A stretch of DNA of 64,000 nucleotides from an uncultured Desulfobacteraceae bacterium (GTDB lineage Bacteria; Desulfobacterota; Desulfobacteria; Desulfobacterales; UBA5616): positions 153,375-217,374 of the forward strand of contig CAYLRU010000001.1 of assembly GCA_964386565.1 (NCBI GenBank). Reading direction: 5' to 3'. The notes under the pieces were generated by a model. The model made no database searches. It had not been told where the DNA came from and saw nothing but the letters and a program-made list of their open reading frames with translations. Positions 1 through 9,475 of this stretch are shown here, piece by piece (position 1 is the first letter of the stretch; each line of letters begins with the position of its first letter). Position numbers and translations under genes: made by a program.

Positions 1-364
1 TGCCATGAAATTCTATGACATCGGTGTTACCCGCCCGTTGATGCAGCCCGTCCACATTCTGGGTGATGATTGTTTTTAAAATACCCATTTTTTCCAGTTC
101 GGCAAGGGCCTTGTGGGCGTCGTTGGGCATGGCCGAATCCGTGATCCCCTTCATTTCTTTTATCAGGACATTCCATACCTTTGCCGGATTCTTTATAAAT
201 GCATCAATATGGGCAAATTCCATGGGATCGATTTTTTCCCATATCCCGCCTTTTCCGCGAAAAGGCGGGATGCCGCTTTCAATGGATATGCCGGCGCCGG
301 TGAGGGCGATGACGTTTTTTGCGGTTGAAAGTTGTTTTGCGGCTTTTTTTACTAAATCTTTCAT
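1..364 (-). CDS. cobB: NAD-dependent protein deacylase, Sir2/CobB family (N-terminal part only; the gene runs off the left edge)
   Basis: Absent from the ORF track because there is no stop in the window. My minus-strand translation from the ATG at 364 gives [44 protein letters not shown]...[19 protein letters not shown]. This carries the sirtuin motifs GAGIS..SGIP.FRG and TQNVDGLH. It lies 5 nt downstream of the preceding gene. Confidence 0.8.
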   Translation of the reverse strand, partial: MKDLVKKAAKQLSTAKNVIALTGAGISIESGIPPFRGKGGIWEKIDPMEFAHIDAFIKNPAKVWNVLIKEMKGITDSAMPNDAHKALAELEKMGILKTIITQNVDGLHQRAGNTDVIEFHG

Positions 365-369
365 GATCT

Positions 370-1209
370 TTATAAATTGAACGTCATATCACTGGCTGTT
401 GAGAAACACTCGATATGTTTGTTTCTGTCCGAGATGATGCGTCTGCAGTCTGCGACGATTTCGTCCATGGCATCATCGGATCGATCCTGATTGGTATGAA
501 ACAGCCCCAGTTTTTTAACGTTGGAATCAATGGCCAGGTCAATGGCCTGCTGATAGGATGAGTGTCCCCATTCAATAAAGGTTTCATACTCTACAGGTGT
601 ATATTCAGCGTCGTGTATCAGGAGGTCGGCACCGGTTGAAAAGGCCAGGTAATCATCATAATGCAGCCCGTTGGGATGAACAAACCCCAATTCATTATCC
701 GTCAGGAATACAAAGGTTTTGCCGTCTTCAATGAATTTGTAACCGTTACCGCCGTTGGGATGGCTCAAACTAATGGGCTCTATGGTGATGGAGCCGATTT
801 CAAAGGCCTCGGGGCATCCTTTTTCATAAACAATGTTTGCATTGATATTTCCGTATTTCACGGGGAAATTGGGGGGGGAAAGAACTTTTGAAATCATTTT
901 TTCAACATACTGGCCCTGAAACGGGCATCGGTACACCTTGATTTTCGTCTGTTCCAGGTAAATCGGTTTAAAAAAGGGAAATCCCATGAGGTGGTCCCAA
1001 TGGGCATGGGTGAAAATGAGATGGAACTTGAACCGTTTTTCCTCGATCAATTGATTGCCGAGCCTTCGAATCCCGGTACCTGCGTCGATGATGATAATGT
1101 CATCGGTTTTGGTTCGTATCTCCAGACAGGTCGTATCTCCTCCATATTTGATGTACTCTTTCCCGGATACGGGAATGGAGCCTCTCGATCCCCAGCATTT
1201 AATGTACAT
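370..1209 (-). CDS. MBL-fold metallo-hydrolase
   Basis: 279-aa ORF with the H-x-H-x-D-H motif (FTHAHWDH) and later His/Asp residues typical of the beta-lactamase fold. Confidence 0.75.
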   Translation of the reverse strand: MYIKCWGSRGSIPVSGKEYIKYGGDTTCLEIRTKTDDIIIIDAGTGIRRLGNQLIEEKRFKFHLIFTHAHWDHLMGFPFFKPIYLEQTKIKVYRCPFQGQYVEKMISKVLSPPNFPVKYGNINANIVYEKGCPEAFEIGSITIEPISLSHPNGGNGYKFIEDGKTFVFLTDNELGFVHPNGLHYDDYLAFSTGADLLIHDAEYTPVEYETFIEWGHSSYQQAIDLAIDSNVKKLGLFHTNQDRSDDAMDEIVADCRRIISDRNKHIECFSTASDMTFNL

Positions 1210-1295
1210 TTATTACCCTTTCAGAAGTGAAGACTCCCTGCATTCCCGCCGAGACGGAAGAAATCTTCCAAGTAAGGAATAATGGATGGAAAACC

Positions 1296-2141
1296 CTAAT
1301 GTATTTCTCCTAAAAAAGTAAACCAGATACCGTTTTGATCCCATGTTCTTATTATTTCTGCATGATGCCGGACCAGTTGGTTTTTTATTGTTTTTGCTTC
1401 ACTTTTGAGTAAACCGGAGAGCAAAAAACGCTTGTTCCGGTAAAAACCTTCAGCATCGACAATTTTTTTCATTATATCATAGTGGATATTTGCTATCATA
1501 AAATCAACGGGATAGTCCACAAAATTTTCAGCCGAACCCTGAATCGGGAGAATCTTTTCGGATAATTCATTCAAGTAAACGTTTTTTCGTGTGGTTTCAA
1601 CGGAAAGCAGATTGATATCCACCGCAAGGATAAGGGGTGCTCCCGACTTTGCGGCAGCCAGCGCCAGTATCCCTGTCCCGGTGCCGATATCCATTACGAA
1701 TTCAGGGACCTGACGGGAAAATGCCAAGTGGATGGCTTCAAGGCAATCGCGGGTGGTGGGGTGAAGGCCGGTTCCGAATACCACACCCGGGTCGAGCAGA
1801 ATGTGACGCAGGTCCTCAGGCGTATCGCTGCTTTTTATACATCGATTCCAGGGCGGGAAGATCATGAAATCCGCCACGCGCATGGGTGAAATTTCGCCCC
1901 CTTGCCATTCATCATACGGCATATGGAATGTATCAAGAAGTTTGAGATGCTGCTGACGATCCAGCAGTCTGTTCACCTGGTCATCCGCAGGCTTGGTAAA
2001 AAACAAAAAGGAAAAGCCGTCTTCTTCCCAGTTGCCGATAAAATCACCGGCATGAAACCGGAAACCCGGATGAAGGCTTCCTTCCAGGTAATAGATATAA
2101 AGATCCTCATAAGGGCGGGTTGAATACGGGTCCGGATTCAT
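1296..2141 (-). CDS. prmA: Ribosomal protein L11 methyltransferase-like class I SAM methyltransferase
   Basis: 281 aa. It has a PrmA-like core (LDPGVVFGTGLHPTTRDCLEAI) followed by the SAM-binding motif DIGTGTGILALAAAKSGA. Confidence 0.65.
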   Translation of the reverse strand: MNPDPYSTRPYEDLYIYYLEGSLHPGFRFHAGDFIGNWEEDGFSFLFFTKPADDQVNRLLDRQQHLKLLDTFHMPYDEWQGGEISPMRVADFMIFPPWNRCIKSSDTPEDLRHILLDPGVVFGTGLHPTTRDCLEAIHLAFSRQVPEFVMDIGTGTGILALAAAKSGAPLILAVDINLLSVETTRKNVYLNELSEKILPIQGSAENFVDYPVDFMIANIHYDIMKKIVDAEGFYRNKRFLLSGLLKSEAKTIKNQLVRHHAEIIRTWDQNGIWFTFLGEIH

Positions 2142-2151
2142 CTGCGGTTTT

Positions 2152-2841
2152 TCACTCCGGTGTGTCTGTGCCGGGAAGCTGGTCGATGTACCATTTCAGG
2201 GGGTCAATCAACTCGAACCCCTTGTTCTTTAATTTTTCTTTTACCGGGTTGACGTTCATTGCCAAAAGATACGGGAAAACCGCCCGTTTTCCCGGCTCCC
2301 AGTACCTGGCAGTGAGTACGCTTCCCATGGAAATATTTTCCTCAACGATGATATCGACGATTTTTTTCAGTTCACCCACCTTGTCTTCCACCACGATTCC
2401 CAAAAGGGTTCCTGGTTCACCGATACCCATCACGTTGATAAAAGATCTCAGCAGGTCCCGGATGGAGATGATCCCTCTCAATTTATTGTTTTCATCCACC
2501 ACCGGAAGGGCGCCGATACGCTCTTTCTGTATCAACAGCATGGCATCCTGTATCGTATACAGGGGGGAGATGGACATGGGATCACGGGTCATGATGTTTT
2601 TGATTTTAAGGTCGCAGATTTCATTTTTTTCTTCAAGTGTGCATTCCAGTGTTTTGAACAGGCTGGACGGCATGACGCTTCTGATATCCCGATCCGTAAC
2701 AATGCCGATGAGCCTGCTGTCTCCATCAACAACGGGCAGATGCCTTATTTTGTATTTTGACATTTTTTCCTGAGCTTCAAAAATATCCGCATCAGGGCTG
2801 ATGGTAATCACTTTTCGGGTCATGGATTTACTGACAAACAT
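2152..2841 (-). CDS. CBS-pair protein with C-terminal ACT-like domain (AcuB-like)
   Basis: 229 aa. Two CBS repeats are present (HLPVVDGDSRLIGIVTDRDI and GALPVVDENNKLRGIISIRDL), followed by an ACT-like tail. It sits directly downstream of an HDAC/AcuC-like gene. Confidence 0.7.
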   Translation of the reverse strand: MFVSKSMTRKVITISPDADIFEAQEKMSKYKIRHLPVVDGDSRLIGIVTDRDIRSVMPSSLFKTLECTLEEKNEICDLKIKNIMTRDPMSISPLYTIQDAMLLIQKERIGALPVVDENNKLRGIISIRDLLRSFINVMGIGEPGTLLGIVVEDKVGELKKIVDIIVEENISMGSVLTARYWEPGKRAVFPYLLAMNVNPVKEKLKNKGFELIDPLKWYIDQLPGTDTPE

Positions 2842-3040
2842 GGTGTTTTCCTCTCTTTTGTCCGCCAGGAAACGGCATTTTCAGGCCCGGAGTTGCTTTT
2901 TGCTCTTTTGAAATCCTCAAAACAGAACTCTGTTTCTACGGTTTCAAAATCGCTCAAGCCTTGTTCTGAACCCGGATCCACCGTTTCCTGGCAGGCATTT
3001 TCTGAAGCACCATCCGGACGAACCGGAAAGCCGACAAAAA

Positions 3041-4021
3041 TTAACAGTCCTCATCCCTTTCCGGGGACAGGGGTTCATTTAACAGAATTTCCAAATGGTT
3101 GACCACCAGCTCGGGGAGTCTCTTCAACGAGTAGCCTCCTTCTAAAATGGAAATTATTTTTCCGTTTGTGTGTTTTTCAGCCAGGGCCATGATTTTTTGC
3201 ATGATCCAGGCAAATCCTTTTGTGGATAACTTGATGCCGGACATGGTATCATCGATATGGGCGTCAAATCCGGTTGAGAGCACGATCATTTGTGGCTTGA
3301 ACCCGTCAAAGGTCGGGATAAGATCCGTTTCGATGATTTTTTTATACGCCTCATCCCCCTCTCCCGGAAGAACCGGGTAATTTTTTGTAAACCCGGTTCC
3401 CGGACCGATTCCCCTCTCAAAAATACGGCCTGTTCCGGGGAAGGCAAAGGACGGGTGTTCATGAATGGAATAATAATAAATGTCGGCCTCTTTTTCAAAA
3501 ATATGCTGGGTGCCGTTGCCGTGATGTACGTCGAAATCGATGATGCCCAGGCGCTTCACGGGGTATTTGTTCATGATGTATTTGGCTGCAATGGCGACAT
3601 TGGAGAAATAGCAGAACCCCATGGCCTTGTCGTATTCCGCGTGATGTCCCGGCGGCCTTACCGCGCAAAAAGCATTGTCGATTTCTCCGGTCATGACCAG
3701 CCGGGCAGCCTTTAAAATGCCTCCCACCGCCAAGAGGGCTGTTTGAAATGTTTCCGAACACATCTGGTTGTCCGGGTAATCAAACATCTTGGCCCCGGAC
3801 CGGCACAGTTGTTCAAACCTTTCAATGTATGCCTTGTCATGAACCGCTTCAATCCATTTCATTTCAGGGAAATCAGCGGAAATCGGTTTGAGTTTGGCCA
3901 GCAGAGAGGATTCTTTTACGGCTTTGTATATTACCTGAAGCCTTTCCGGATTTTCCGGATGATAAGAACCGGTAACATGATTCAAATATCGATCATCATA
4001 CAAAAAGCCCGTTTTCTTCAT
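3041..4021 (-). CDS. Histone-deacetylase-family deacetylase (AcuC / acetylpolyamine amidohydrolase-like)
   Basis: 326 aa with PPGHHA, the DFDVHHGNGTQ zinc/active-site motif and a C-terminal EGGY. Confidence 0.8.
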   Translation of the reverse strand: MKKTGFLYDDRYLNHVTGSYHPENPERLQVIYKAVKESSLLAKLKPISADFPEMKWIEAVHDKAYIERFEQLCRSGAKMFDYPDNQMCSETFQTALLAVGGILKAARLVMTGEIDNAFCAVRPPGHHAEYDKAMGFCYFSNVAIAAKYIMNKYPVKRLGIIDFDVHHGNGTQHIFEKEADIYYYSIHEHPSFAFPGTGRIFERGIGPGTGFTKNYPVLPGEGDEAYKKIIETDLIPTFDGFKPQMIVLSTGFDAHIDDTMSGIKLSTKGFAWIMQKIMALAEKHTNGKIISILEGGYSLKRLPELVVNHLEILLNEPLSPERDEDC

Positions 4022-4102
4022 ATTTTTGTCTTTTTACAAGGGTGTATCGTCGTGAAAACAGCTGTAACCGATGGTTTCCGTCCATAAACGGCAGAGCGAC
4101 GT

Positions 4103-4906
4103 TTACCGTTCTATGATTTTATCGAAAATGGCATATGCTGCTCGAACGGCTTCGTTCTCTTCCGGCATTTCAATCGTCGGACGACCGTCGAGATCGAATT
4201 CATATACCATTTCGTTATCCGGTATGGTCCCGGCGATTTCAAGACCTTCCGCTGTTATGGCTGCCAGTGCTTTTTCCGACAGCCCGTCTTTCATCTTATT
4301 GATGACAAGATAGCTCTTGGATACGCCGATATGGAGATTTTTGGCCAGTTGATTAATTCTGATGCCGGCCTGAATTCCTCGTCGGGAAGTATCCGATACA
4401 ATCAGAAGCACATCGACGTTTTTGGTGGTCAGACGACTGATATGCTCCATGCCGGCTTCGTTGTCCATGACAATATAGGCATAATTCCCCGTCAGCTTTT
4501 CCAGGAACTGGGTCAACAGCGTGTTGGCGGCGCAGTAGCATCCCGCACCCTCGGGCTGTCCCATGACGACAAGATCGTATCCGTCTGCTTCGGCAACCGC
4601 CTCTTCCATCCTCATGGAAATAAAGATATCCTTGGTCATTCCATCGGGAACTTTCCCTTTTTTCATATCTTCGCGGGCATCGCCCAGGGTATCGGCCACC
4701 TTGAGCCCGAGCACTTCGTTTAAATTGGCATTCGAATCCGCATCAACGGCAAGAATGGGGCCGTTGTTCTTTTTTTCCAAATACTTGACGAGCATTCCGG
4801 CAATGGTTGTTTTCCCGGTTCCGCCTTTTCCTGCAAGTGCGATTGAATAGGGCATGGGCAAGACATTCCTTTCAATGGTCTCGATTATTTTATTGTGGTT
4901 TTCCAT
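4103..4906 (-). CDS. CooC/AcsF-family P-loop ATPase (Ni-insertion accessory protein type)
   Basis: 267 aa with a deviant Walker A (GKGGTGKTT), DADSNANL, the CxC metal motif (GAGCYCAAN) and DNEAGMEH. The start is uncertain: no clear SD precedes 4906, and the alternative Met18 is at 4855. Confidence 0.7.
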   Translation of the reverse strand: MENHNKIIETIERNVLPMPYSIALAGKGGTGKTTIAGMLVKYLEKKNNGPILAVDADSNANLNEVLGLKVADTLGDAREDMKKGKVPDGMTKDIFISMRMEEAVAEADGYDLVVMGQPEGAGCYCAANTLLTQFLEKLTGNYAYIVMDNEAGMEHISRLTTKNVDVLLIVSDTSRRGIQAGIRINQLAKNLHIGVSKSYLVINKMKDGLSEKALAAITAEGLEIAGTIPDNEMVYEFDLDGRPTIEMPEENEAVRAAYAIFDKIIER

Positions 4907-4919
4907 GATAATATCCGCA

Positions 4920-4997
4920 GGTGTTCAGCCATTTGGAAAACCGGTTCAATCGGGGTGATTGTTGCGATGAACACCCCGTTTCCCCTTTGAGGGGGGG
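4920..4997 (-). repeat. Structured repeat, copy A (same family as 42480-42565)
   Basis: Read on the minus strand it is a C-run/G-run hairpin, then GGGGTGTTCAT, 36 nt, then GGCTGAACAC. The two conserved blocks are mutually complementary (GTGTTCA/TGAACAC). Confidence 0.7.
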
Positions 4998-5001
4998 ATT
5001 T

Positions 5002-5032
5002 TTGTTGAGTCGTTTTGGAAAAGACTCAACAA
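5002..5032. other. Perfect 10-bp inverted repeat in a divergent promoter region
   Basis: TTGTTGAGTC-(11 nt)-GACTCAACAA lies between the divergently transcribed CooC-like and phasin-like genes. It follows no gene on either strand, so it is an operator or RNA hairpin rather than a terminator. Confidence 0.5.
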
Positions 5033-5237
5033 ATACAAATAACTAAATAATTATGCGAGTTTAAACAAACAGTCAAGTAACTTTTCCTTTCTTTTTCAGC
5101 AGGGGCGTTTTCTCCTGGTTCGGATGCGCCAAATGTCTTGCAATGCTGATATCTCTATGATAATTCAATAAATATTAACGAATATCAAGACAATCGGCAA
5201 ATTTTCCGGCACTGGAAATGGAAAAAAGGAGACCATT

Positions 5238-5552
5238 ATGATCGATGTTGTAAAAAAAACACTTCTTGCGGGTATCGGGCTGGCACTCAAAACCAAGGAT
5301 GAAATGGAAGAGTATGCCAAGGAGATGGAAAAAAAATTGAACATGACGGAAAAAGACGGCAAGAAATTTTTAAAGGAAATTCAGAGCCGATGGGAAGAGG
5401 CCCAGAAAAAGCTTGAAGAACGGGTCGAAAAAACGGTTAAGGAACTGTTGAAAAAAACGGATATCGTCACTACGGAGGAACTAAAGGGCTTGAAAAAGGA
5501 GATTCGCGATCTGAAAAAAGCCATCTCCGGGATCAGCGAGTCGTCAAAGTAG
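5238..5552 (+). CDS. Phasin-like small coiled-coil protein (COG3937-type)
   Basis: 104 aa, Lys/Glu-rich and helical (KDEMEEYAKEMEKKL...EELKGLKKEIRDLKKAI). SD AAGGAG is upstream. It ends 11 nt before the UbiB-family kinase gene, which is a commonly seen pairing. Confidence 0.5.
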   Translation: MIDVVKKTLLAGIGLALKTKDEMEEYAKEMEKKLNMTEKDGKKFLKEIQSRWEEAQKKLEERVEKTVKELLKKTDIVTTEELKGLKKEIRDLKKAISGISESSK

Positions 5553-5563
5553 CTTCGGAGATC

Positions 5564-7261
5564 ATGCTGAGCATACGGAAAATAGGCGTTCTGGGCAGGA
5601 CCTATCGGCATTTGAATCGATACCGGCAAATTCTGACCATATTGTTTCGATATGGATTCGGCGATTTTATCGAGCTGTTGAAAATCGATCAGTATCTGGA
5701 AATCGGTCTTCAATTCATTTCGAAAAACCGTAAAGATCGGCTGGAAAAACTGAGCAGGGCTGAGAAAATCAGAATGGCCATAGAAGAACTGGGCCCCACC
5801 TACATCAAACTCGGACAGATATTATCCACCCGTCCGGACCTGATTCCGCCTGATCTTGTTGAGGAACTGGCAAAGCTTCAGGACAATGTGGCCGCCGTTC
5901 CCTTTGCTGAAATCCGTCGCGTCGTCGAAGGCGAGATGAGATGCACTATTGATGAGGTGTTTGATTCCTTTTCCGAAGACCCGCTGGCATCCGCGTCCAT
6001 CGGGCAGGTTTACAGGGCGGTACTGAAAAAAGGAGATGCCGTTGCCGTTAAGGTTCAGCGTCCCGGCATTCGCAGCATCATCGAAGTCGACTTGGAAATC
6101 ATGCTCCACTTGGCTACGCTGGCGGAAAAAAACATTGAGGAAATGGCGTTTTATCGCCCGGTAAAAATTGTGGAAGAGTTTGCAAGGACCCTGGAACGGG
6201 AGATCGACTACACCATCGAGGCGTCAAATCTTGAACGGGTGGCGGCGAATTTTTTAAACGACACGAATATTTATATTCCGAAGGTTTACCGGGAGGTCAC
6301 TACGGCCCGGGTCCTTACCATGGAATTTATTGACGGGATCAAGGTCTCCCAGACCGCAGCTTTGGAAGAAAGCGGACTGGACCGGAAAGAAATTACCCGA
6401 CGGGGAACGGATATCTGCCTTAAACAGATCTTTGAACATGGATTTTTCCATGCCGATCCCCATCCCGGCAATATTTTTATTCTGCCGGAGAACGTGATTT
6501 GCCTGCTTGATTTCGGAATGGTGGGTTCGGTTGACCGTCAGACCCGTGAGGATTTCGTTGAACTTGTGGACAGCGTGGTTCACCGCCATGAAGCAAGAAC
6601 CGCGCAGGTATTGCTCAAGATTACCGACTCGGACATTGAGCCGGATATGCGTGTTCTTGAAAAGGATGTTGCGGATTTTTTAGGCCGGCATCTTTACAAA
6701 CCGTTGAAGGATATTAAAATCGGTCAGCTCTTGAAAAATCTCCTTGATCTGACGTCCCGCCATCATCTGCGCCTGGCCCCTGATATTTTTATGATGTTAA
6801 AAGCGTTGGGCACACTGGAAGGCGTTGCCGTTATGCTGGACCCGGATTTCGACATAATTTCCCGGGCCGAACCGTTTATCCGGCGCGTTAAACTGTCCAG
6901 ATTTCATCCCCAAAGGATCACCGGCGACATCCTTCAAACCGTTTCAGACCTGCTGAACCTGATGCAGCAGTTGCCCAGAGACCTCAGGGATGTTTCAAAG
7001 TTCATCAGGCGCCGCCGGATACCGGTCGTCGTTGAGCATCAGGGTCTGGAAGACATGCTCCATACCCATGATCAAATCAGTAACAGGATTTCCTTTTCCA
7101 TCGTCATTGCAGCGTTGATCATCGGATCGGCCCTCATCGTTATATCCAGGACGCCGCCCTATGTTTTCGGCATATCTCTTATCGGCATCATCGGTTTTCT
7201 GGCCGCCGCCATCATGGGAATCTGGCTCCTGGTGGCTATATTAAGAAAAGGAAAACTCTGA
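5564..7261 (+). CDS. ABC1/UbiB-family atypical protein kinase
   Basis: 565 aa with SASIGQVYRA, AVKVQRPG, the HADPHPGNIF catalytic motif, DFGMVG and a C-terminal TM pair. Confidence 0.8.
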   Translation: MLSIRKIGVLGRTYRHLNRYRQILTILFRYGFGDFIELLKIDQYLEIGLQFISKNRKDRLEKLSRAEKIRMAIEELGPTYIKLGQILSTRPDLIPPDLVEELAKLQDNVAAVPFAEIRRVVEGEMRCTIDEVFDSFSEDPLASASIGQVYRAVLKKGDAVAVKVQRPGIRSIIEVDLEIMLHLATLAEKNIEEMAFYRPVKIVEEFARTLEREIDYTIEASNLERVAANFLNDTNIYIPKVYREVTTARVLTMEFIDGIKVSQTAALEESGLDRKEITRRGTDICLKQIFEHGFFHADPHPGNIFILPENVICLLDFGMVGSVDRQTREDFVELVDSVVHRHEARTAQVLLKITDSDIEPDMRVLEKDVADFLGRHLYKPLKDIKIGQLLKNLLDLTSRHHLRLAPDIFMMLKALGTLEGVAVMLDPDFDIISRAEPFIRRVKLSRFHPQRITGDILQTVSDLLNLMQQLPRDLRDVSKFIRRRRIPVVVEHQGLEDMLHTHDQISNRISFSIVIAALIIGSALIVISRTPPYVFGISLIGIIGFLAAAIMGIWLLVAILRKGKL

Positions 7262-7276
7262 TGGATCGGGCGTTGC

Positions 7277-8164
7277 TTATCCTATGTATTTTCTCAGCAC
7301 ATCCAGGTTGATCCTGTCCCAGTCCTTTCCGGATTTATCCGTTTTGGGTGTTTCGATGATCTTGGGAATCTTTTCAAGGCGGTTGTCGTTCATTATCATG
7401 CGAAATGCAGTGGGGCCGATTTCTCCCAGGCCGATATGTTCATGCCGATCTTTTTTTGAGGAAAACGGTCTGCCGGAATCGTTTAAATGAAGTAAATACA
7501 GTCTGCTTAATCCGATGATGTCGTCAAAAAGCCGGATAACGGCTTCATATGTGCTTCTTGTCCGAATATCATAACCGGCGGCAAAAATATGGCACGTATC
7601 CAGGCAGATTCCCACCTTGTTGTTATCTTCAACATAAAGCAGAATTTTCGCCAGATCTTCAAATCGATGTCCCACGGCAGTGCCCTGACCCGCGGTTGTC
7701 TCCAGCAATAACAGCGGCTTCGGGTCGGGAATCAGGGAAAGGACGGCATTGATGCTGTCTGCAATTCGAAGCAGGCTGTTTGATTTGCCGCCGTCTAAAT
7801 GAAATCCGGGATGAAGGGCCACATACTGAAGCCCCAGTTCCCGGGAGCGGATCATTTCCATCTTAAGGGCGGTTTTGGACATTTTCAGTTTTTGGGGGTC
7901 GCCGGTCGCAAGATTGATTAAATACGATGTATGGGATGCGACAATCTGAATCCCGGTTTTCTCTTTTGCCTGAAAAAAGGCGTTCTTTTCTTCCGGCAGA
8001 AGCAGCTTCTCCTTCCATGTATGGGCATTTTTCGTAAATAACTGAACCGCGGTGCAGCCGTATTTTTCGCCGCATAAAAGGGCGTGATGGAGTCCTTTTG
8101 CAATTGAAAAATGCGCGCCCAAAAGGGGTTCGGGTTTTTTCTGCCGGATGTTTTTTATACCCAT
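7277..8164 (-). CDS. nfo: Deoxyribonuclease IV (endonuclease IV)
   Basis: 295 aa, a TIM-barrel AP endonuclease with GAHFSIAKG, HTSYLINLA, LHPG, CLDTCH and HLNDS. Confidence 0.85.
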   Translation of the reverse strand: MGIKNIRQKKPEPLLGAHFSIAKGLHHALLCGEKYGCTAVQLFTKNAHTWKEKLLLPEEKNAFFQAKEKTGIQIVASHTSYLINLATGDPQKLKMSKTALKMEMIRSRELGLQYVALHPGFHLDGGKSNSLLRIADSINAVLSLIPDPKPLLLLETTAGQGTAVGHRFEDLAKILLYVEDNNKVGICLDTCHIFAAGYDIRTRSTYEAVIRLFDDIIGLSRLYLLHLNDSGRPFSSKKDRHEHIGLGEIGPTAFRMIMNDNRLEKIPKIIETPKTDKSGKDWDRINLDVLRKYIG

Positions 8165-8172
8165 TGTGCTTC

Positions 8173-9345
8173 CTAATGCTTTTTATCCTTCAGGTGTTTT
8201 AAACCGGCTTTTAACACCATGTTTTCCCCGTATTTTTCCGAAATGGTATCCACGACCTGTTCAATTTTTTCCCAGCTTTCGGTTTTGTCCCGGACCTCTT
8301 CAAACAGCGTTTTTTGAAACGGTGTATCCTCCGGCAACAGGTTGGAACCGGAAACGCCGATAAGTCGAACTTTTTTTTTCAAGGGATGGCCATCCAGCAA
8401 CTGTACCGCGGCCTTGTAAATATTTCTGGCGGATTGTGTCGGTATCTTTAACCGGAAGCTGCGGGTTACCTGGGAAAAATCATCATACTTGATTTTCAGG
8501 ATCACGGTTTTGGCCTTGAGGTGTTTTTTTCTCAGATTTCGTCCCACATCTTCAGCATGGGTCAGCAAACAGGCCTTCAGGAAGTCTTTTTCACCGGTGT
8601 CTTTTTCAAATGTTTCTTCGCTGCCCACGGACTTGGCCTCGTTATGGGGGGAAACCGGCGAAAGATCCACGCCCCGGGCAAGATCCATCAGCCGGAAACC
8701 GTATTTTCCCAAACGGGCGACCAGTGTTTTTTGGGGATATTGTTTCACATCTCCCAGACATTTGATTCCCATGGCCGCCAGTTTTTGGAATGTTTTTTCG
8801 CCCACACCCGGAACTTTCTCGATGGGCAAGCCGGTGATGAACCCGTCAACCGCATCAGGGGGAATGACGGTCAAACCATCCGGCTTCTCAAGATCCGATG
8901 CGATTTTTGCCAGAAATTTGTTCGGTGCTATGCCCACGGAACATGTCAGATTAAATGTATTGCGAATCCGCATTTTGATCTGTCGGGCGATATTTTCCGG
9001 GCTTTTGTGAATCGGGTCGCATCCCGTGACATCCATATAGGCCTCGTCAATGGAAACCTGTTCCACAAGGGGTGAAAAGTCTTTAAAAATATCCATGATC
9101 TGCTTTGATACGGCTTTGTATCGATCCATTCGAACCGGCAATATAACAGCATGGGGACATTTCTTTTTTGCTGAAAACATGGGCATGGCGGATCGTACAC
9201 CGAAACGCCTGGCCTCATAACTGGCCGCTGATACAACGCTTCGGGGGGACCGGCCGCCGATGATGACGCATTTGCCCGCGAGTTCGGGATTGTCGGCCTG
9301 TTCAACAGAGGCGTAAAAGGCATCCATGTCAATATGAAGAATCAT
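8173..9345 (-). CDS. dinB: DNA polymerase IV (Y-family)
   Basis: 390 aa. N-terminus ILHIDMDAFYASVEQ, then SIDEAYMDVT and the GVGEKT helix-hairpin-helix. Confidence 0.9.
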   Translation of the reverse strand: MILHIDMDAFYASVEQADNPELAGKCVIIGGRSPRSVVSAASYEARRFGVRSAMPMFSAKKKCPHAVILPVRMDRYKAVSKQIMDIFKDFSPLVEQVSIDEAYMDVTGCDPIHKSPENIARQIKMRIRNTFNLTCSVGIAPNKFLAKIASDLEKPDGLTVIPPDAVDGFITGLPIEKVPGVGEKTFQKLAAMGIKCLGDVKQYPQKTLVARLGKYGFRLMDLARGVDLSPVSPHNEAKSVGSEETFEKDTGEKDFLKACLLTHAEDVGRNLRKKHLKAKTVILKIKYDDFSQVTRSFRLKIPTQSARNIYKAAVQLLDGHPLKKKVRLIGVSGSNLLPEDTPFQKTLFEEVRDKTESWEKIEQVVDTISEKYGENMVLKAGLKHLKDKKH

Positions 9346-9475
9346 ATGAAGAATTTTTTTGAATTAGGTGTTGATTTGAAATTTAATTTGGTGTTTATTG
9401 AGTTTTCGTTAATGCCTGATTAAATTCAATCTTATCTCACCCACCTGGAATCGTCAAAAATTTTATTGATAAGAC

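Noticed and set aside
1-364. Sir2 domain as a possible anti-phage defense effector (Thoeris/DSR-like)
   Set aside because: The visible N-terminus has the full housekeeping sirtuin (CobB) NAD-binding motifs. It sits in an operon of metabolic and modification genes, with no HerA, TIR, Argonaute or other defense partner.
63-380. 105-aa plus-strand ORF at the left edge
   Set aside because: The opposite strand encodes an unmistakable Sir2/CobB N-terminus, so this ORF is its antisense shadow.
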